A program made the position numbers and the translations under genes. From the NCBI GenBank assembly GCA_943355025.1, contig CALRDW010000005.1, forward strand, positions 244 to 64,243: DNA of 64,000 nucleotides, written 5' to 3'. This document shows, piece by piece, positions 16,406 through 26,618 of the stretch (position 1 is its first letter; each line of letters starts with the position of its first letter). Source of the DNA: Candidatus Magasanikiibacteriota bacterium (lineage in GTDB: Bacteria; Patescibacteriota; Patescibacteriia; Magasanikbacterales; 2-02-FULL-50-9b). Under the pieces are notes generated by a model. The model made no database searches. It saw nothing but the letters and a program-made list of their open reading frames with translations, and had not been told where the DNA came from.

Positions 16406-19105
16406 CTACCCTTTTTTAATAGTGACACCGCCAGCATCAATAACAACAGTATCTTTTCGATTCAATTGATTTTGAAGCAGCATTCCAGCGATCGCATTTT
16501 CAACGCGGTCTTGAATAACACGGCGCAGTGGGCGCGCACCAAATTCCGGATCATACCCCGCAGCTGCAAGCTCTGCGACTCCCGCATCAGTCATCTCAAG
16601 CAGAACGCCACGCTCTTCCAATTTCTTTCCAATGCCGCGCAAAATATTCCGCGCAACTTCTCCAATCTGAGATTCTGTCAGCGGACTAAACAATACAACT
16701 GCATCAAATCGATTGAGAAATTCTGGTTTGAAATATTGTTTAAGTTCACCGTGGAGCAATTGTGTTTTAATACGCTCGCCACTCGTCCCCGCACGAATCT
16801 GCTCTTGAACAAATTGTGTCCCTGCGTTTGATGTCGCGATCAAAATCACATTCGTAAAATCAATAACACGTCCAACAGAATCTGTCAGTCGTCCGTCATC
16901 CATGACTTGTAAAAACAAATTTAAAATATTTGGATCCGCCTTCTCAAGCTCGTCAAGCAGCACGAGCGAAAATGGTTTTTGACGAATTGCTTCCGTTAGG
17001 ATTCCTGTACCTTGCTGATTTGGTTGCCCGATCAAACGATAAATACCGCTTGTGTCTTGATATTCTGACATATCAATACGAACCATCTGCGATTCGCTTC
17101 CGAAATAAACTTCCGCAATAGTTTTTGTCAATTCTGTTTTTCCAACGCCGGTCGGACCAAGAAATAAAAAGTTAGCAATCGGCCGCTTGTTGCTCCGAAT
17201 TTCTGCTCGCGCGCGCCGCAGCGCATTCGCAACAAGTGTAACCGCCTCGTCCTGTCCAATAACGCGCCGATGCATTTCTGTTTCAAGCCTGAGCAATTTA
17301 TCGGTCTCATTTTCTGTGACTGCAGTAACTGGGATTTTTGTTCGCTGTGCAATAATTGTCGCAACATCATCTGCAGTTATCAATTGCTCTTTGCCTCGTT
17401 TATTTCGAACATGCTGCGCAACTTCATTACAAATTTCAATCGCGTTTTGCGGCAAATACGTGTCGTGCAAATATCTTTGACACATTTGTGCAGCGCGTTC
17501 GAGCGCCTCGTACGAAAACCACACGCTGTGTTTGAACTCGATAAACCCTGCCTTTGCTTCGAGTACACGGATTGCAGCATTGAGATCCATTTCATCAATA
17601 TCAACTTTCTGCAGCACAGTTGCGAGCTGTTGATTTGCAATCGTGCGATTGTATGCTTCCGGCGTTGTTGTTGCGATCGTCAAAAAATTTCCTTTTCCAA
17701 GCTCAGTCGCGAGCACACTCGCAACATCAAGACTCTGCTGCTGTCCAATGGTAATTCCAATCATTTTTTCAATTGACGGAATTACCAGAATAATATTTCC
17801 CGCTGCGCTGAGTTCATTTAATAATTCGAGCAACCGCTCTTCTGCCTCAACTGGACTCGCGCCTGCCAACAATTTTGGAAGATCCAACTCAACCAATCGC
17901 TTATCGCTTAAAATTTCTGGCACATTTTCTGCAACCATGAGCTCTGCAATTCCGTTGATAATTGTTTCCTTACCAACGCCGTGGTTACCAACCAGCAAAA
18001 CACTCGTGCTGCCGCCCTGCAAAATGCGAAAAATTGTTTCCAGTTCTGCATCGCGCCCAATCAGAGGCTCAAGCGCGCCGTATAAAGAAGCGCGCGTCAA
18101 ATCTTGGCTCAAAGAATTTAAAAACGGAGTCGCGATTGCCGTCATCGCACGATTAATGTCGCCCTTTTTACTGCGGCCATGACTTCCGCGAATCCGACGC
18201 TGTCGCGCACGCTTCATCTGTTCACGAACGCGTACCCATTCAACTCCGTTATGTAGCGTCTCAGGCTTCACGCCAAAATCAAAAAATAAATCCGCGATTT
18301 TTTGTTCAGCCGAAACAACAGTCAAAAAAATATCCGTCACGTCAACAACTGGTGAGCGATTCATCCATGCCTCTTCATAACTATTAAAAATGATCTGCCA
18401 CACAGTCGTGCTTAAAATCGGCTGCGCAAGCGCTTGCTCTTTCACCATACACGCATCAACCGCCGCTTGCAGATGATCAAGCGGTACAAGTAACCGCATA
18501 CACAAACTTTGAATGCGTGTGTTTGCTAAAATCGCGCGCAACAAATGAAACGGCGTAACGTGTGAAGCTGTACTGTGCGCCGCAATACCATACGCATCTT
18601 CGATTGTTTGTAGTGCATCATGCGTAAATGCAGTTGAAATATTTTGCACTTTTGATTGCGGCAATGCATGTACCTCTTCCCAACTAATTTCTGCCTTCTC
18701 TATGTGATCGTCCGCACCTTCAAGGTATGAGTGGGGCGCGACCTCTGATTCTATTGGACGCAGACGAATATTTCTCGAAATCAAAAAAAATAATGCGAGT
18801 CCGCCAAAACCAAGAAGCGGAAGTGTGCTTGCATCAAACCCAGATTGCGTTATTTTAAATATAAATAAACCAACGCATGCTAACAAAAATAATCCGAGCA
18901 CAATCGATAGTGCTGCATCAAATTGACGTTTAATTCCACGGTACTGAATTGAATACGTGTCGATCGTGTGGTTCCAAAATAAAAACCGATCATGCGCAAA
19001 ATAACCAACAATTTTTCCGTGGCACGCCGCACACTCATGTCGCTGGACACGACCCGTGCCTTTACACACACTGCATCCGATAAGTGGACGGTTGGTCAGT
19101 GACAT
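16406..19105 (-). CDS. ClpC/ClpB-like double-AAA+ unfoldase with an N-terminal CxxCxGxG zinc finger and TM helix
   Basis: Two P-loops (LLVGNHGVGKE, FLGPTGVGKTE). Clp_N repeats. N-terminal CSVCKGTGRVQRHECAACHGKI followed by a hydrophobic segment. Confidence 0.75.
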   Translation of the reverse strand: MSLTNRPLIGCSVCKGTGRVQRHECAACHGKIVGYFAHDRFLFWNHTIDTYSIQYRGIKRQFDAALSIVLGLFLLACVGLFIFKITQSGFDASTLPLLGFGGLALFFLISRNIRLRPIESEVAPHSYLEGADDHIEKAEISWEEVHALPQSKVQNISTAFTHDALQTIEDAYGIAAHSTASHVTPFHLLRAILANTRIQSLCMRLLVPLDHLQAAVDACMVKEQALAQPILSTTVWQIIFNSYEEAWMNRSPVVDVTDIFLTVVSAEQKIADLFFDFGVKPETLHNGVEWVRVREQMKRARQRRIRGSHGRSKKGDINRAMTAIATPFLNSLSQDLTRASLYGALEPLIGRDAELETIFRILQGGSTSVLLVGNHGVGKETIINGIAELMVAENVPEILSDKRLVELDLPKLLAGASPVEAEERLLELLNELSAAGNIILVIPSIEKMIGITIGQQQSLDVASVLATELGKGNFLTIATTTPEAYNRTIANQQLATVLQKVDIDEMDLNAAIRVLEAKAGFIEFKHSVWFSYEALERAAQMCQRYLHDTYLPQNAIEICNEVAQHVRNKRGKEQLITADDVATIIAQRTKIPVTAVTENETDKLLRLETEMHRRVIGQDEAVTLVANALRRARAEIRSNKRPIANFLFLGPTGVGKTELTKTIAEVYFGSESQMVRIDMSEYQDTSGIYRLIGQPNQQGTGILTEAIRQKPFSLVLLDELEKADPNILNLFLQVMDDGRLTDSVGRVIDFTNVILIATSNAGTQFVQEQIRAGTSGERIKTQLLHGELKQYFKPEFLNRFDAVVLFSPLTESQIGEVARNILRGIGKKLEERGVLLEMTDAGVAELAAAGYDPEFGARPLRRVIQDRVENAIAGMLLQNQLNRKDTVVIDAGGVTIKKG

Positions 19106-19106
19106 A

Positions 19107-19478
19107 TCAAATCACAAAATGAAGAATGGGCGAAACAATTAAATAAACGGCGATGAGTGGCGCCGCAAGCCACACACAAAAAATAATAAGGGCTCCGATG
19201 CTCCACGCAAAAACCTGAATCAGTTTCGCAAGTATTGTTAAAAAGCGGAGGCCAATACTAATCCCGCGACTCCATGCATCTCGCTGTCCGTACATGGGCA
19301 CGAATAAATTTTTTATCCAAATAGCGATGTTTGTTTCGACCCACATCGCGCGAATAGAGCTAAATAAACGCGAAATGATCCAACGTGCGCCCGATGTATA
19401 CCACCAAATCGGCGCATATGCGGCGTCGACAAGAGTATCAAAAAATAAGCGCCCAACCATGGTCATTGTTTGCGTCAT
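19107..19478 (-). CDS. hypothetical membrane protein
   Basis: Hydrophobic helices. Start chosen at MTQTMTMVGRL to avoid overlap with the ftsL-like gene. The start is uncertain. Confidence 0.35.
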   Translation of the reverse strand: MTQTMTMVGRLFFDTLVDAAYAPIWWYTSGARWIISRLFSSIRAMWVETNIAIWIKNLFVPMYGQRDAWSRGISIGLRFLTILAKLIQVFAWSIGALIIFCVWLAAPLIAVYLIVSPILHFVI

Positions 19479-19497
19479 AGCGCCACAAGTATACCAC

Positions 19498-19803
19498 TTA
19501 TCTGACTGCAACGGAATGTGAATCTGCGTGAACGTATTCCATCTTGGTCGCCGCCGCGAGTCCAAGCGCGTCAAGTCGTTTTTTTAAATTCTGCGCCGAT
19601 GATTCTTCGGCAATGTTGAAATCAAGTCGTGAGGTTTCGCCAAGCAGTTGTGTTTTGCGTTCTGACAAATGTCTCAGCTCAAAGCCGCGAGCCGAAGACG
19701 ATGTAATTTGAAAAAAGTAGATCACCCCGATGAGAATTGCTGAAATAAAAAGTGCTGTTCGAATTCGTGGTCTGTCAAAAAACTGTTGCGTGTTTTGTTC
19801 CAT
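19498..19803 (-). CDS. FtsL/DivIC-like septum-formation protein
   Basis: Single TM (IRTALFISAILIGVIYFF) followed by a coiled coil. Positioned directly after rsmH as in dcw clusters. Confidence 0.5.
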   Translation of the reverse strand: MEQNTQQFFDRPRIRTALFISAILIGVIYFFQITSSSARGFELRHLSERKTQLLGETSRLDFNIAEESSAQNLKKRLDALGLAAATKMEYVHADSHSVAVR

Positions 19804-19804
19804 A

Positions 19805-20686
19805 CTATGATTTTTCAAAGATGCGAAACTTACTGCTGCGAGATCGCGGATTATCCCGCACTTCTTCCCACGTTGGGATAACTGGTTTTTTTGTTATTGA
19901 TATTACATCGGCTCGCGTTGTAACAAACTGTTTTACAATGCGATCTTCAAGTGAATGAAACGTGATGACGCCAATACGCGCGTGCGGAGCTACTGCGTCG
20001 GTTATGCGCTCAAGCGCTGTGCGCAAAACCCCAAGCTCATCATTAACCGCGATACGAAGTGCTTGGAACACTTGTGTTGCGGGATGTTTTTTGCCAACTC
20101 GTGGCGCAACTTGACTCATCAAATTTGCAAGTTGCTGCGTTGTCGTAATTGGATCCCGATCTCGCGCATCAATTATTGCTTCTGCAATTTCTGCTGCTCG
20201 CGGCTCTTCTCCATACAGCCGAAATATTTTTACAAGCTCTTCTTTTGAAGACTTGTTTAATAGCTCAGCTGCAGTTTCCGTTTCTTCAGTCGGATCAAAA
20301 CGCATGTCGAGATGTTCGTTGGTAAGGAAACTAAATCCCCTGCCGCGCACCATGAACTGTGTCGTTGACCAGCCAAGGTCGAGGAGTACACGATTGATCG
20401 GTCGGTCCGTTATCTGCCGGACGAGCTCCGGAATATCCTGGAAATTCCCGTGCACAGCACGAAATCGATCTGCGTAGCGCTCTAACCGAGACTCTGCTGC
20501 AATAATTGCCTCAGGATCTCGATCGATACCGATCACCATGCCTGTTGGTCCAACAGCGTCGCATAGCAGTTCGCTGTGTCCACCGTCACCAAGCGTTCCG
20601 TCAACAACGACCATGCCGGGCTCAACAGCTAACCATTCCCGAACTTCCTTTGTAAGTACCGGGCGATGTAGAAGTTCTGAGCTCAT
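19805..20686 (-). CDS. rsmH: 16S rRNA (cytosine1402-N4)-methyltransferase
   Basis: HRPVLTKEV...VVVDGTLGDGGHSELL. The start was set at MSSELL, because the listed ORF carries a spurious 114-aa extension. Confidence 0.85.
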   Translation of the reverse strand: MSSELLHRPVLTKEVREWLAVEPGMVVVDGTLGDGGHSELLCDAVGPTGMVIGIDRDPEAIIAAESRLERYADRFRAVHGNFQDIPELVRQITDRPINRVLLDLGWSTTQFMVRGRGFSFLTNEHLDMRFDPTEETETAAELLNKSSKEELVKIFRLYGEEPRAAEIAEAIIDARDRDPITTTQQLANLMSQVAPRVGKKHPATQVFQALRIAVNDELGVLRTALERITDAVAPHARIGVITFHSLEDRIVKQFVTTRADVISITKKPVIPTWEEVRDNPRSRSSKFRIFEKS

Positions 20687-20687
20687 A

Positions 20688-21116
20688 TTAAACGCCGAGG
20701 CTGAGAAGTTGCTCCGCAATTTCTCCGCTATCTTTTTCAGCGCGTTTTGTATACACGGCCCACGCCTCTTCGCCCCACAGTTCCAGGCGATTATAGAGGC
20801 CAGCAACAACAACTGCTTTGCTGAGACCTGCATACGTACGCAGGTATTCTGGAATACTGATTCTTCCCTGCCCATCAATTTCAACGTCCATTGCGCCCGC
20901 AAGCATGAGCCTGGCGAACGCGCGTGAATTTGATTGGCTGATGGGAAGATTTGCGAGCTTCTGCGCCATTTGTTTCCACTCCGCGAGCGGATATACAAAC
21001 AAACATGCATCGAGACCTCGTGTAACAACGGCTTTTTTTAAAGAACTTCGAAACTTGGCCGGTATAGCAAGCCGGCCCTTTTCGTCGATAGAATGTCGAA
21101 ATTCGCCGATGTACAT
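20688..21116 (-). CDS. mraZ: transcriptional regulator MraZ
   Basis: MYIGEFRHSIDEKGRLAIPAKFR, the duplicated MraZ motif. Stop TAA lies 1 nt before the rsmH ATG. Confidence 0.8.
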   Translation of the reverse strand: MYIGEFRHSIDEKGRLAIPAKFRSSLKKAVVTRGLDACLFVYPLAEWKQMAQKLANLPISQSNSRAFARLMLAGAMDVEIDGQGRISIPEYLRTYAGLSKAVVVAGLYNRLELWGEEAWAVYTKRAEKDSGEIAEQLLSLGV

Positions 21117-21151
21117 GTTGTTTTTTGCCCCACTTTCCCCCACTTGAAACC

Positions 21152-21182
21152 ATTATATACCACCAAAGCCCACAAAACAAGG
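21152..21182 (-). promoter_or_regulatory. promoter of the mraZ cluster
   Basis: Minus strand reads TTGTTT...tggTATATAAT (extended -10), then a GGGGGAAAG RBS. Confidence 0.45.
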
Positions 21183-21216
21183 CAAAACCCCCACTGTGGA
21201 TAACATTTTATAAAAA

Positions 21217-22485
21217 TCATGAACCAAAATCGCGCATGTTTCTTTTTTTTCTCTGATACGTAATCGCAAATCGATGTGCCTCATTACGAACTTTAACAAA
21301 AATATGTCCGTATAAACGAATCGCACGATCGAGGGCAACATTGCGACGATCAAAAACATATCTCACATTTTTTCTAAGCGCGCCTTTTGCAATTCCAACA
21401 ACTGGAATTGTTATTCCGTATTCTTTTAAAACTTTTACAACTGCATTCACCTGTCCTTCGCCGCCATCAATAAAAAATATTTCCGGCAGCGGCCATTCCG
21501 TGTGCTTAAGCCGACGCGTTAGTGTTTCCCGAAGCGCGCCAGTATCATTTGATTTTGTAAATTCTCGAATCTCAAATTTTCGATACTCCGATTTATCTGC
21601 TTCACCTTTATTAAAAACAACCATTGATGCAACCATTCCTGTTCCTGATAAATGTGAAATATCATACCCCTCGATGCGTTTAAACGGATTGACCGCTAAA
21701 TTCCTCGGTGGTGCGTCATCATCGCGATTGATGAGTGCGATATCCTGAATGTGCTGCAAAGAAAATAATTGGTTGCGAAGAATTGCCGCCTCTTCAAACT
21801 GCTCTGCACGCGCCGCAATTTTCATGTCACGCAGTATTTGTTTCTCCAAAGTCGTGCGGTCGCCATTTAAAAAAAGCTTCATTCGTCGCAATATTATTTT
21901 ATATGCTGGAGCGGAAATTGCGCGCGTACACACGCCTGGACAGCGTCCAAGTTGCGCATTAAAACAGGGGCGCGTGCGACCTGGCACACAATCGCTCCAC
22001 GGAAAAATTCGTCGCATCATTTCAAGCGCAGTGCGAACTAATTTTGCACCGAGAAATGGGCCCCACCGCTGTGGATAAATTTTATCCACAGTCGCGCCCA
22101 AATCATCAAGTTCTTTTCCACGCACTAAAACAACGCGCGGATATTCGTCTGCAGTAAAACAAATCCACAAAAAACTTTTGTCATCCTTTAATAAAACATT
22201 GTACGGCGGTTTATGTGCGCGAATTAAATTAGCCTCCATTATAAGCGCCTCAAGAACCGTTGGTGTCTCGACGTATTCAATATGCGTTATATCTGCCGTA
22301 ACCTCTTCGATGGCGCGGGCGAATGCTGTGCTGGTATGAAAATATGATGCGACGCGCGACTTAAGCGACGTTGCTTTTCCAACGTACATCAAATTTCCCG
22401 CTGCGTCATAAAATAAATAGACGCCGGGGGTGTCTGGCAATGATGCGCGATTCTGCACCGCAATATGGGGTCTCTGTAAACGCAT
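21217..22485 (-). CDS. uvrC: excinuclease ABC subunit C, short form lacking the C-terminal (HhH)2 domain
   Basis: GIY-YIG N-terminus (PGVYLFYDAAGNLMYVGKA), Cys-rich region, UvrBC motif and RNase-H-like domain ending at EAHRFAITYQRKKR. Confidence 0.75.
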   Translation of the reverse strand: MRLQRPHIAVQNRASLPDTPGVYLFYDAAGNLMYVGKATSLKSRVASYFHTSTAFARAIEEVTADITHIEYVETPTVLEALIMEANLIRAHKPPYNVLLKDDKSFLWICFTADEYPRVVLVRGKELDDLGATVDKIYPQRWGPFLGAKLVRTALEMMRRIFPWSDCVPGRTRPCFNAQLGRCPGVCTRAISAPAYKIILRRMKLFLNGDRTTLEKQILRDMKIAARAEQFEEAAILRNQLFSLQHIQDIALINRDDDAPPRNLAVNPFKRIEGYDISHLSGTGMVASMVVFNKGEADKSEYRKFEIREFTKSNDTGALRETLTRRLKHTEWPLPEIFFIDGGEGQVNAVVKVLKEYGITIPVVGIAKGALRKNVRYVFDRRNVALDRAIRLYGHIFVKVRNEAHRFAITYQRKKRNMRDFGS

Positions 22486-22552
22486 GTGAATTAAAACTCA
22501 TTCCTTCATGCGAAGTGTATGCTTACAAACACGATTGCGTCAAGCCCGAGAA

Positions 22553-24568
22553 CTATTCTCGCGCGCCAAGTGCACGCGCAGTCAGAGAAGTGTTGCCACG
22601 AAGCATTCTGCGCTCTTCCAAAGCAGTTGTGTGTGCCCGCGCGATACGTGCCGCCTCTGCGAGAGGATCCGCAGCTTCAAATTCGGTTCGTGTATCAACC
22701 GCGTGCAAAATATTAATTTCAGCATCGCTTACCGTTTTAACACCATGCGCGATAAATTTATTTGCGTCCCACCCTTCAAAAAATCCACGACGCAAGAATA
22801 ATTCTGTCATAAACTTCTGATCGTCTGGTGCATCAAATCCGCCACGCAAAATATTTTCAGCAACAACCTCTTCGAGCGGCGTTGTAAAGTTTGATGCACG
22901 CCATGGTTCAATAATTTTTTTCATCAAATCACGAGGCGAAATAACCATTTTTTCGAGCTGGGTTTTCGCCGCAGTCATACCACGCGTTTTATTCATAAAC
23001 GCTTGACCTGCTGTTTTTCCAGAGAACAAATCCTGGGATTCACGAACAACAAGCGCAAGATCAATAAGCTTACTGTATGCTTCTGGTGGAAAATCCGGTG
23101 GCAAGCGCTGACAATCGTGCCGCAGAAGCGACGTTAAAATTAAATCGTAGGTTTCCGAAACTTCTGGATAGTCTACTTCCTCACCAACCCAGCGCGAACG
23201 AAACGCAGCGTTGAAATCTTTAACACCTGCATATTTTCCACCAAGGTTCAACGTTGAGATTACGGTAAAGCCTGGCTTCATAACAAATTCTTCCTCACCA
23301 TTTTCTTGGAGACGAAATTTTGAACCAACTGGTCGAAGTAAAATATCATTGATACGCCCGATTACTTCAGCAGGCGCAAGATTAATCTCATCAATAATAA
23401 TCGGTTTTCCGTCACGAAGCGCGCGACCAAGCGGACCATAATTAAATACAGTTTCTGTTACACTTCCTTGTCCAAGCAAAATCTTCGCGATATCAGCTTC
23501 CGGCACATCTGAAATACCTCGCTCTTTTAGTTCGAGTGCCATTTGTTTTGTTCGAACCGCAAGAAGTTCTGGGTCTGATACATTTTTTCCCGTTAATTTT
23601 AATTTACCCACCAAATCATACACAGATGCCTCGTCAGATGCTGAAAAAATTTCAGGACTTAGTCTGTCATACAACTCATCTGGATCCATTTTTGATGCGC
23701 CCGGAAAATAGGTCTCCGCATACTGCATCATAAAAATCTTTGCGGTGTGCCGCGCGATTTCCGTTTTACCTGAACCCAAATGGCCCGCCAACATATACGG
23801 TTGGTGCGCTCGCAAATTTTTCATGATGCGCTCGATTCGTTCTTTTGCTGATGAAAACTCAACAATACGATTCTTTGCGGCAGAGGACTGATAATTTTTA
23901 AGCGTTGCGTACCGTGCGATCATTGGTCCAATCGTATCATAACTGGCGAGCATTTCTAATTTTTTCTGAAGCTCAGCGCGCTCACGCCGACGATTATCAA
24001 TTAAAACACGATCAACACCAATCACTGAACCCGCTTTGCTTGACAATGCTTTGCGCTCAATGCGCGAAATTTCATAATCAAGTTTGCCAATATGCCCGCG
24101 GATAGTTTGATCTGCACGCGCGAGCTCAACAAGCAAATGTGCCCCCATTTGTTCTTTTTTAAAAACGTCTGCAATACCTTCGATGCGAGAAATTTTACGA
24201 AGCGCCTCTGCTATCTTATGCTTTTGTTTAGCAGATTCGTCCAACGCCTCCTGCATTATAGATAAATCTTCGACTGATTGAGGCTCTGTGCCCTCCATCG
24301 TCTGCATTGGAACATACCGATCACCCATAAAACCATCTGACAATGTCTCCGTTGCGGACTCATCAAAATATGAAGAGTTCTCATCACTTGATTGAGTATA
24401 TGCCTGACCCGACTTAGCTTGATCCGTAAATTGATAATACAAATGATACATGTCATCAATCAATTGAATCTTTTCCTCTTCTGACCGTTCAGAAAAAGGT
24501 CGCCCATCAACTGATTGCTCTTGGATAGACTCTGGGCCTGATGGTGATCGCGGAATTTCAATTCGCAT
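22553..24568 (-). CDS. large MoxR-class AAA+ ATPase with N-terminal coiled-coil and C-terminal extension
   Basis: Walker A GHLGSGKTE. Walker B IIIDEINLA. Sensor TVISTLNL. Start chosen at MRIEIPRS (M55). Confidence 0.6.
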   Translation of the reverse strand: MRIEIPRSPSGPESIQEQSVDGRPFSERSEEEKIQLIDDMYHLYYQFTDQAKSGQAYTQSSDENSSYFDESATETLSDGFMGDRYVPMQTMEGTEPQSVEDLSIMQEALDESAKQKHKIAEALRKISRIEGIADVFKKEQMGAHLLVELARADQTIRGHIGKLDYEISRIERKALSSKAGSVIGVDRVLIDNRRRERAELQKKLEMLASYDTIGPMIARYATLKNYQSSAAKNRIVEFSSAKERIERIMKNLRAHQPYMLAGHLGSGKTEIARHTAKIFMMQYAETYFPGASKMDPDELYDRLSPEIFSASDEASVYDLVGKLKLTGKNVSDPELLAVRTKQMALELKERGISDVPEADIAKILLGQGSVTETVFNYGPLGRALRDGKPIIIDEINLAPAEVIGRINDILLRPVGSKFRLQENGEEEFVMKPGFTVISTLNLGGKYAGVKDFNAAFRSRWVGEEVDYPEVSETYDLILTSLLRHDCQRLPPDFPPEAYSKLIDLALVVRESQDLFSGKTAGQAFMNKTRGMTAAKTQLEKMVISPRDLMKKIIEPWRASNFTTPLEEVVAENILRGGFDAPDDQKFMTELFLRRGFFEGWDANKFIAHGVKTVSDAEINILHAVDTRTEFEAADPLAEAARIARAHTTALEERRMLRGNTSLTARALGARE

Positions 24569-24641
24569 AGTTAAGCGAACAAATAAACAATGTGCTATAA
24601 TTGTACCACACTTTAAATGCCTTCTGAAATCTACGCGCTCT

Positions 24642-26585
24642 ATGCCATTTGAAATACGTCGTGTTGCTGGTCGTGTATCCGAAAAAGATACTGCAGAAAA
24701 AGAAGGTGACGATACTGCAGCACAAGACACCGGAATGAAACCCGAAGCCGGACGACCTGGCTATAATATTTTTTTTAATCGATTTGAAAAAACAATTAAC
24801 GGTTATTTTGGAACACCGGATGTTAAATTTACGATGAAGCCGGGCGGCTGGTATGTGGACTTAGAAAAGATTGAAGTGAGCGCTGACCCAAATTTTTTTA
24901 TTGATAAAGGTTATTCACAAGACGAGGCACTCTTCGCATCATTTCACGAAGCAGAACATTTTCGCGATATGATTCGCGAACCAGAAGAATACAAACGATT
25001 ATTTGACCGCATGAATAGCGAAAGCACGGTTCATCCAGCGCTGCCAAAAGCACTCCATACGTTATACAACTGTCTCGACGATGTGCTCGTAAATAAATGT
25101 GTGATGCAACGATGGAATTCAGGACGAAAAGCAAAAGATACGTTGTATCCAAAACTTTTTCAGAGTTCAGACCTCATGACCAACCCGTTTACAGGAAAAG
25201 AGGAGCCGGGGCATCGGCAATTCATGTATGCGCTTCTCAGAGAAGCGATGTTGCCAGACGAAACATGCACAGTTTCTCCCTATGTTCGCGAAGCCATTGA
25301 TAAAGTCCAAGCAAAAGGTGGTAAACTCAAACTCACGGAGGTTTTGACTGCGGTTGATCTTGAGGGTGAAGGGGTAATGAAGCCGATAGATCGCTTTGGG
25401 ATAATTTCAGGACTCATAGAGCCGACGTTTATTGAGATGTTTAAAAAAGACATTGAAACAATGAAGGAGCAGCAGGAAAAGAGCGGAAAAGGAGGAAAGA
25501 GCGGAGAGAAACCAGATGGAGATAAAAAAGGAGGAGAAAAAACAGATGCACAGCCAGATCCTGACGCTGAAAGCGCGTTTGATGACGATCCATTTAAAGA
25601 CGCTATCCCCGATCCGATAGAGTTCAAAGATATTCAGGATCAGGTACAAAAAATTAGAGAGGCACTCGCAAAAAAGAAAAAAGAAGAAATGGAGAAATTA
25701 CTTGGCGTTTCTAAGGAAGATTACGATGCGTACGCGAAAGATTTCAAAATGATTCAGAAATTTATCGCGGATTTATCGGGAACTTTTGATGCAGTTATAC
25801 AGCGGCGCAAAACAATTGAGCGTAAACTTCGTAAACCCGTTCGTGAAGGTGTGATGCTCAGCCCCTCACGCATTGCAACCGCTGTTGCGGAAATTAAATC
25901 CGGAAACACAGATCCTCGCACGATGCTTGACTATGAAGATCGCGAAGCAACACGGACGCGGCCATCAGATTTTGAATTTACAATTGTATGCGATGGTTCG
26001 GGTTCTATGAAAGGCGAGGGGAAAGACAAGATGCAGCGCCAACTATCAGTTCTTATTACTGAAGCACTTCTTGATTTTCAAGAACGACTCGAAAAAGAGC
26101 GCCGCAAGGGCGAGCGTATCAACCTCAATATTAAAAGCGAAGTGCGCATGTTTGACGAAAACGATCACGTGCTCAAACCTCTTGGCACGACGCTTACACA
26201 CAAAGAACGCGTTGCGATGCACAAAGTTCTCCGCGAGTTTCCTGGTGGCTCTAATAATGAAATCGCGACATTTACAAAAATGCGCGAGGAACAATTTGAT
26301 GCGGATCGCGTTGAAAAAATGCGAAAAGGCGACATTAAAAAAGTTATTCTCTGGCTCACGGATGGAGAGAGCGATGTAAATGCGATCCAATCTGAAATTC
26401 GCCGACTTGAAGCGCTCACTAAAAATGACAGCGATCAAAAATCGCTGGTAATCGCTGGACTTGGATTTAAAGGAGGTCAGGGCGCATTAACAACGTACGC
26501 TCCGAATGGCTATTACGGCGAGAGCTTTGAAAAAATTATTGAGATCTTTAAAAAGTTCCTCACGCAACTTCTCGATGACCTATAA
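24642..26585 (+). CDS. vWA (MIDAS) domain protein with an N-terminal HExxH metallopeptidase-like domain
   Basis: SFHEAEHF (HExxH). Acidic, Lys-rich linker. TIVCDGSGSM MIDAS motif and VILWLTDGESD. Confidence 0.6.
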   Translation: MPFEIRRVAGRVSEKDTAEKEGDDTAAQDTGMKPEAGRPGYNIFFNRFEKTINGYFGTPDVKFTMKPGGWYVDLEKIEVSADPNFFIDKGYSQDEALFASFHEAEHFRDMIREPEEYKRLFDRMNSESTVHPALPKALHTLYNCLDDVLVNKCVMQRWNSGRKAKDTLYPKLFQSSDLMTNPFTGKEEPGHRQFMYALLREAMLPDETCTVSPYVREAIDKVQAKGGKLKLTEVLTAVDLEGEGVMKPIDRFGIISGLIEPTFIEMFKKDIETMKEQQEKSGKGGKSGEKPDGDKKGGEKTDAQPDPDAESAFDDDPFKDAIPDPIEFKDIQDQVQKIREALAKKKKEEMEKLLGVSKEDYDAYAKDFKMIQKFIADLSGTFDAVIQRRKTIERKLRKPVREGVMLSPSRIATAVAEIKSGNTDPRTMLDYEDREATRTRPSDFEFTIVCDGSGSMKGEGKDKMQRQLSVLITEALLDFQERLEKERRKGERINLNIKSEVRMFDENDHVLKPLGTTLTHKERVAMHKVLREFPGGSNNEIATFTKMREEQFDADRVEKMRKGDIKKVILWLTDGESDVNAIQSEIRRLEALTKNDSDQKSLVIAGLGFKGGQGALTTYAPNGYYGESFEKIIEIFKKFLTQLLDDL

Positions 26586-26618
26586 TAGTCGATAGCAGAA
26601 ACAGCGAACGCGTTTTGT

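Noticed and set aside
15938-16831. 297-aa ORF antisense to the MraY-like and Clp genes; also 17643..18182 (179 aa) and 17270..17776 (168 aa) antisense within the Clp ATPase
   Set aside because: Low-complexity Ser/Ala/Arg-rich translations typical of antisense frames of coding DNA. Nested entirely in strongly supported genes.
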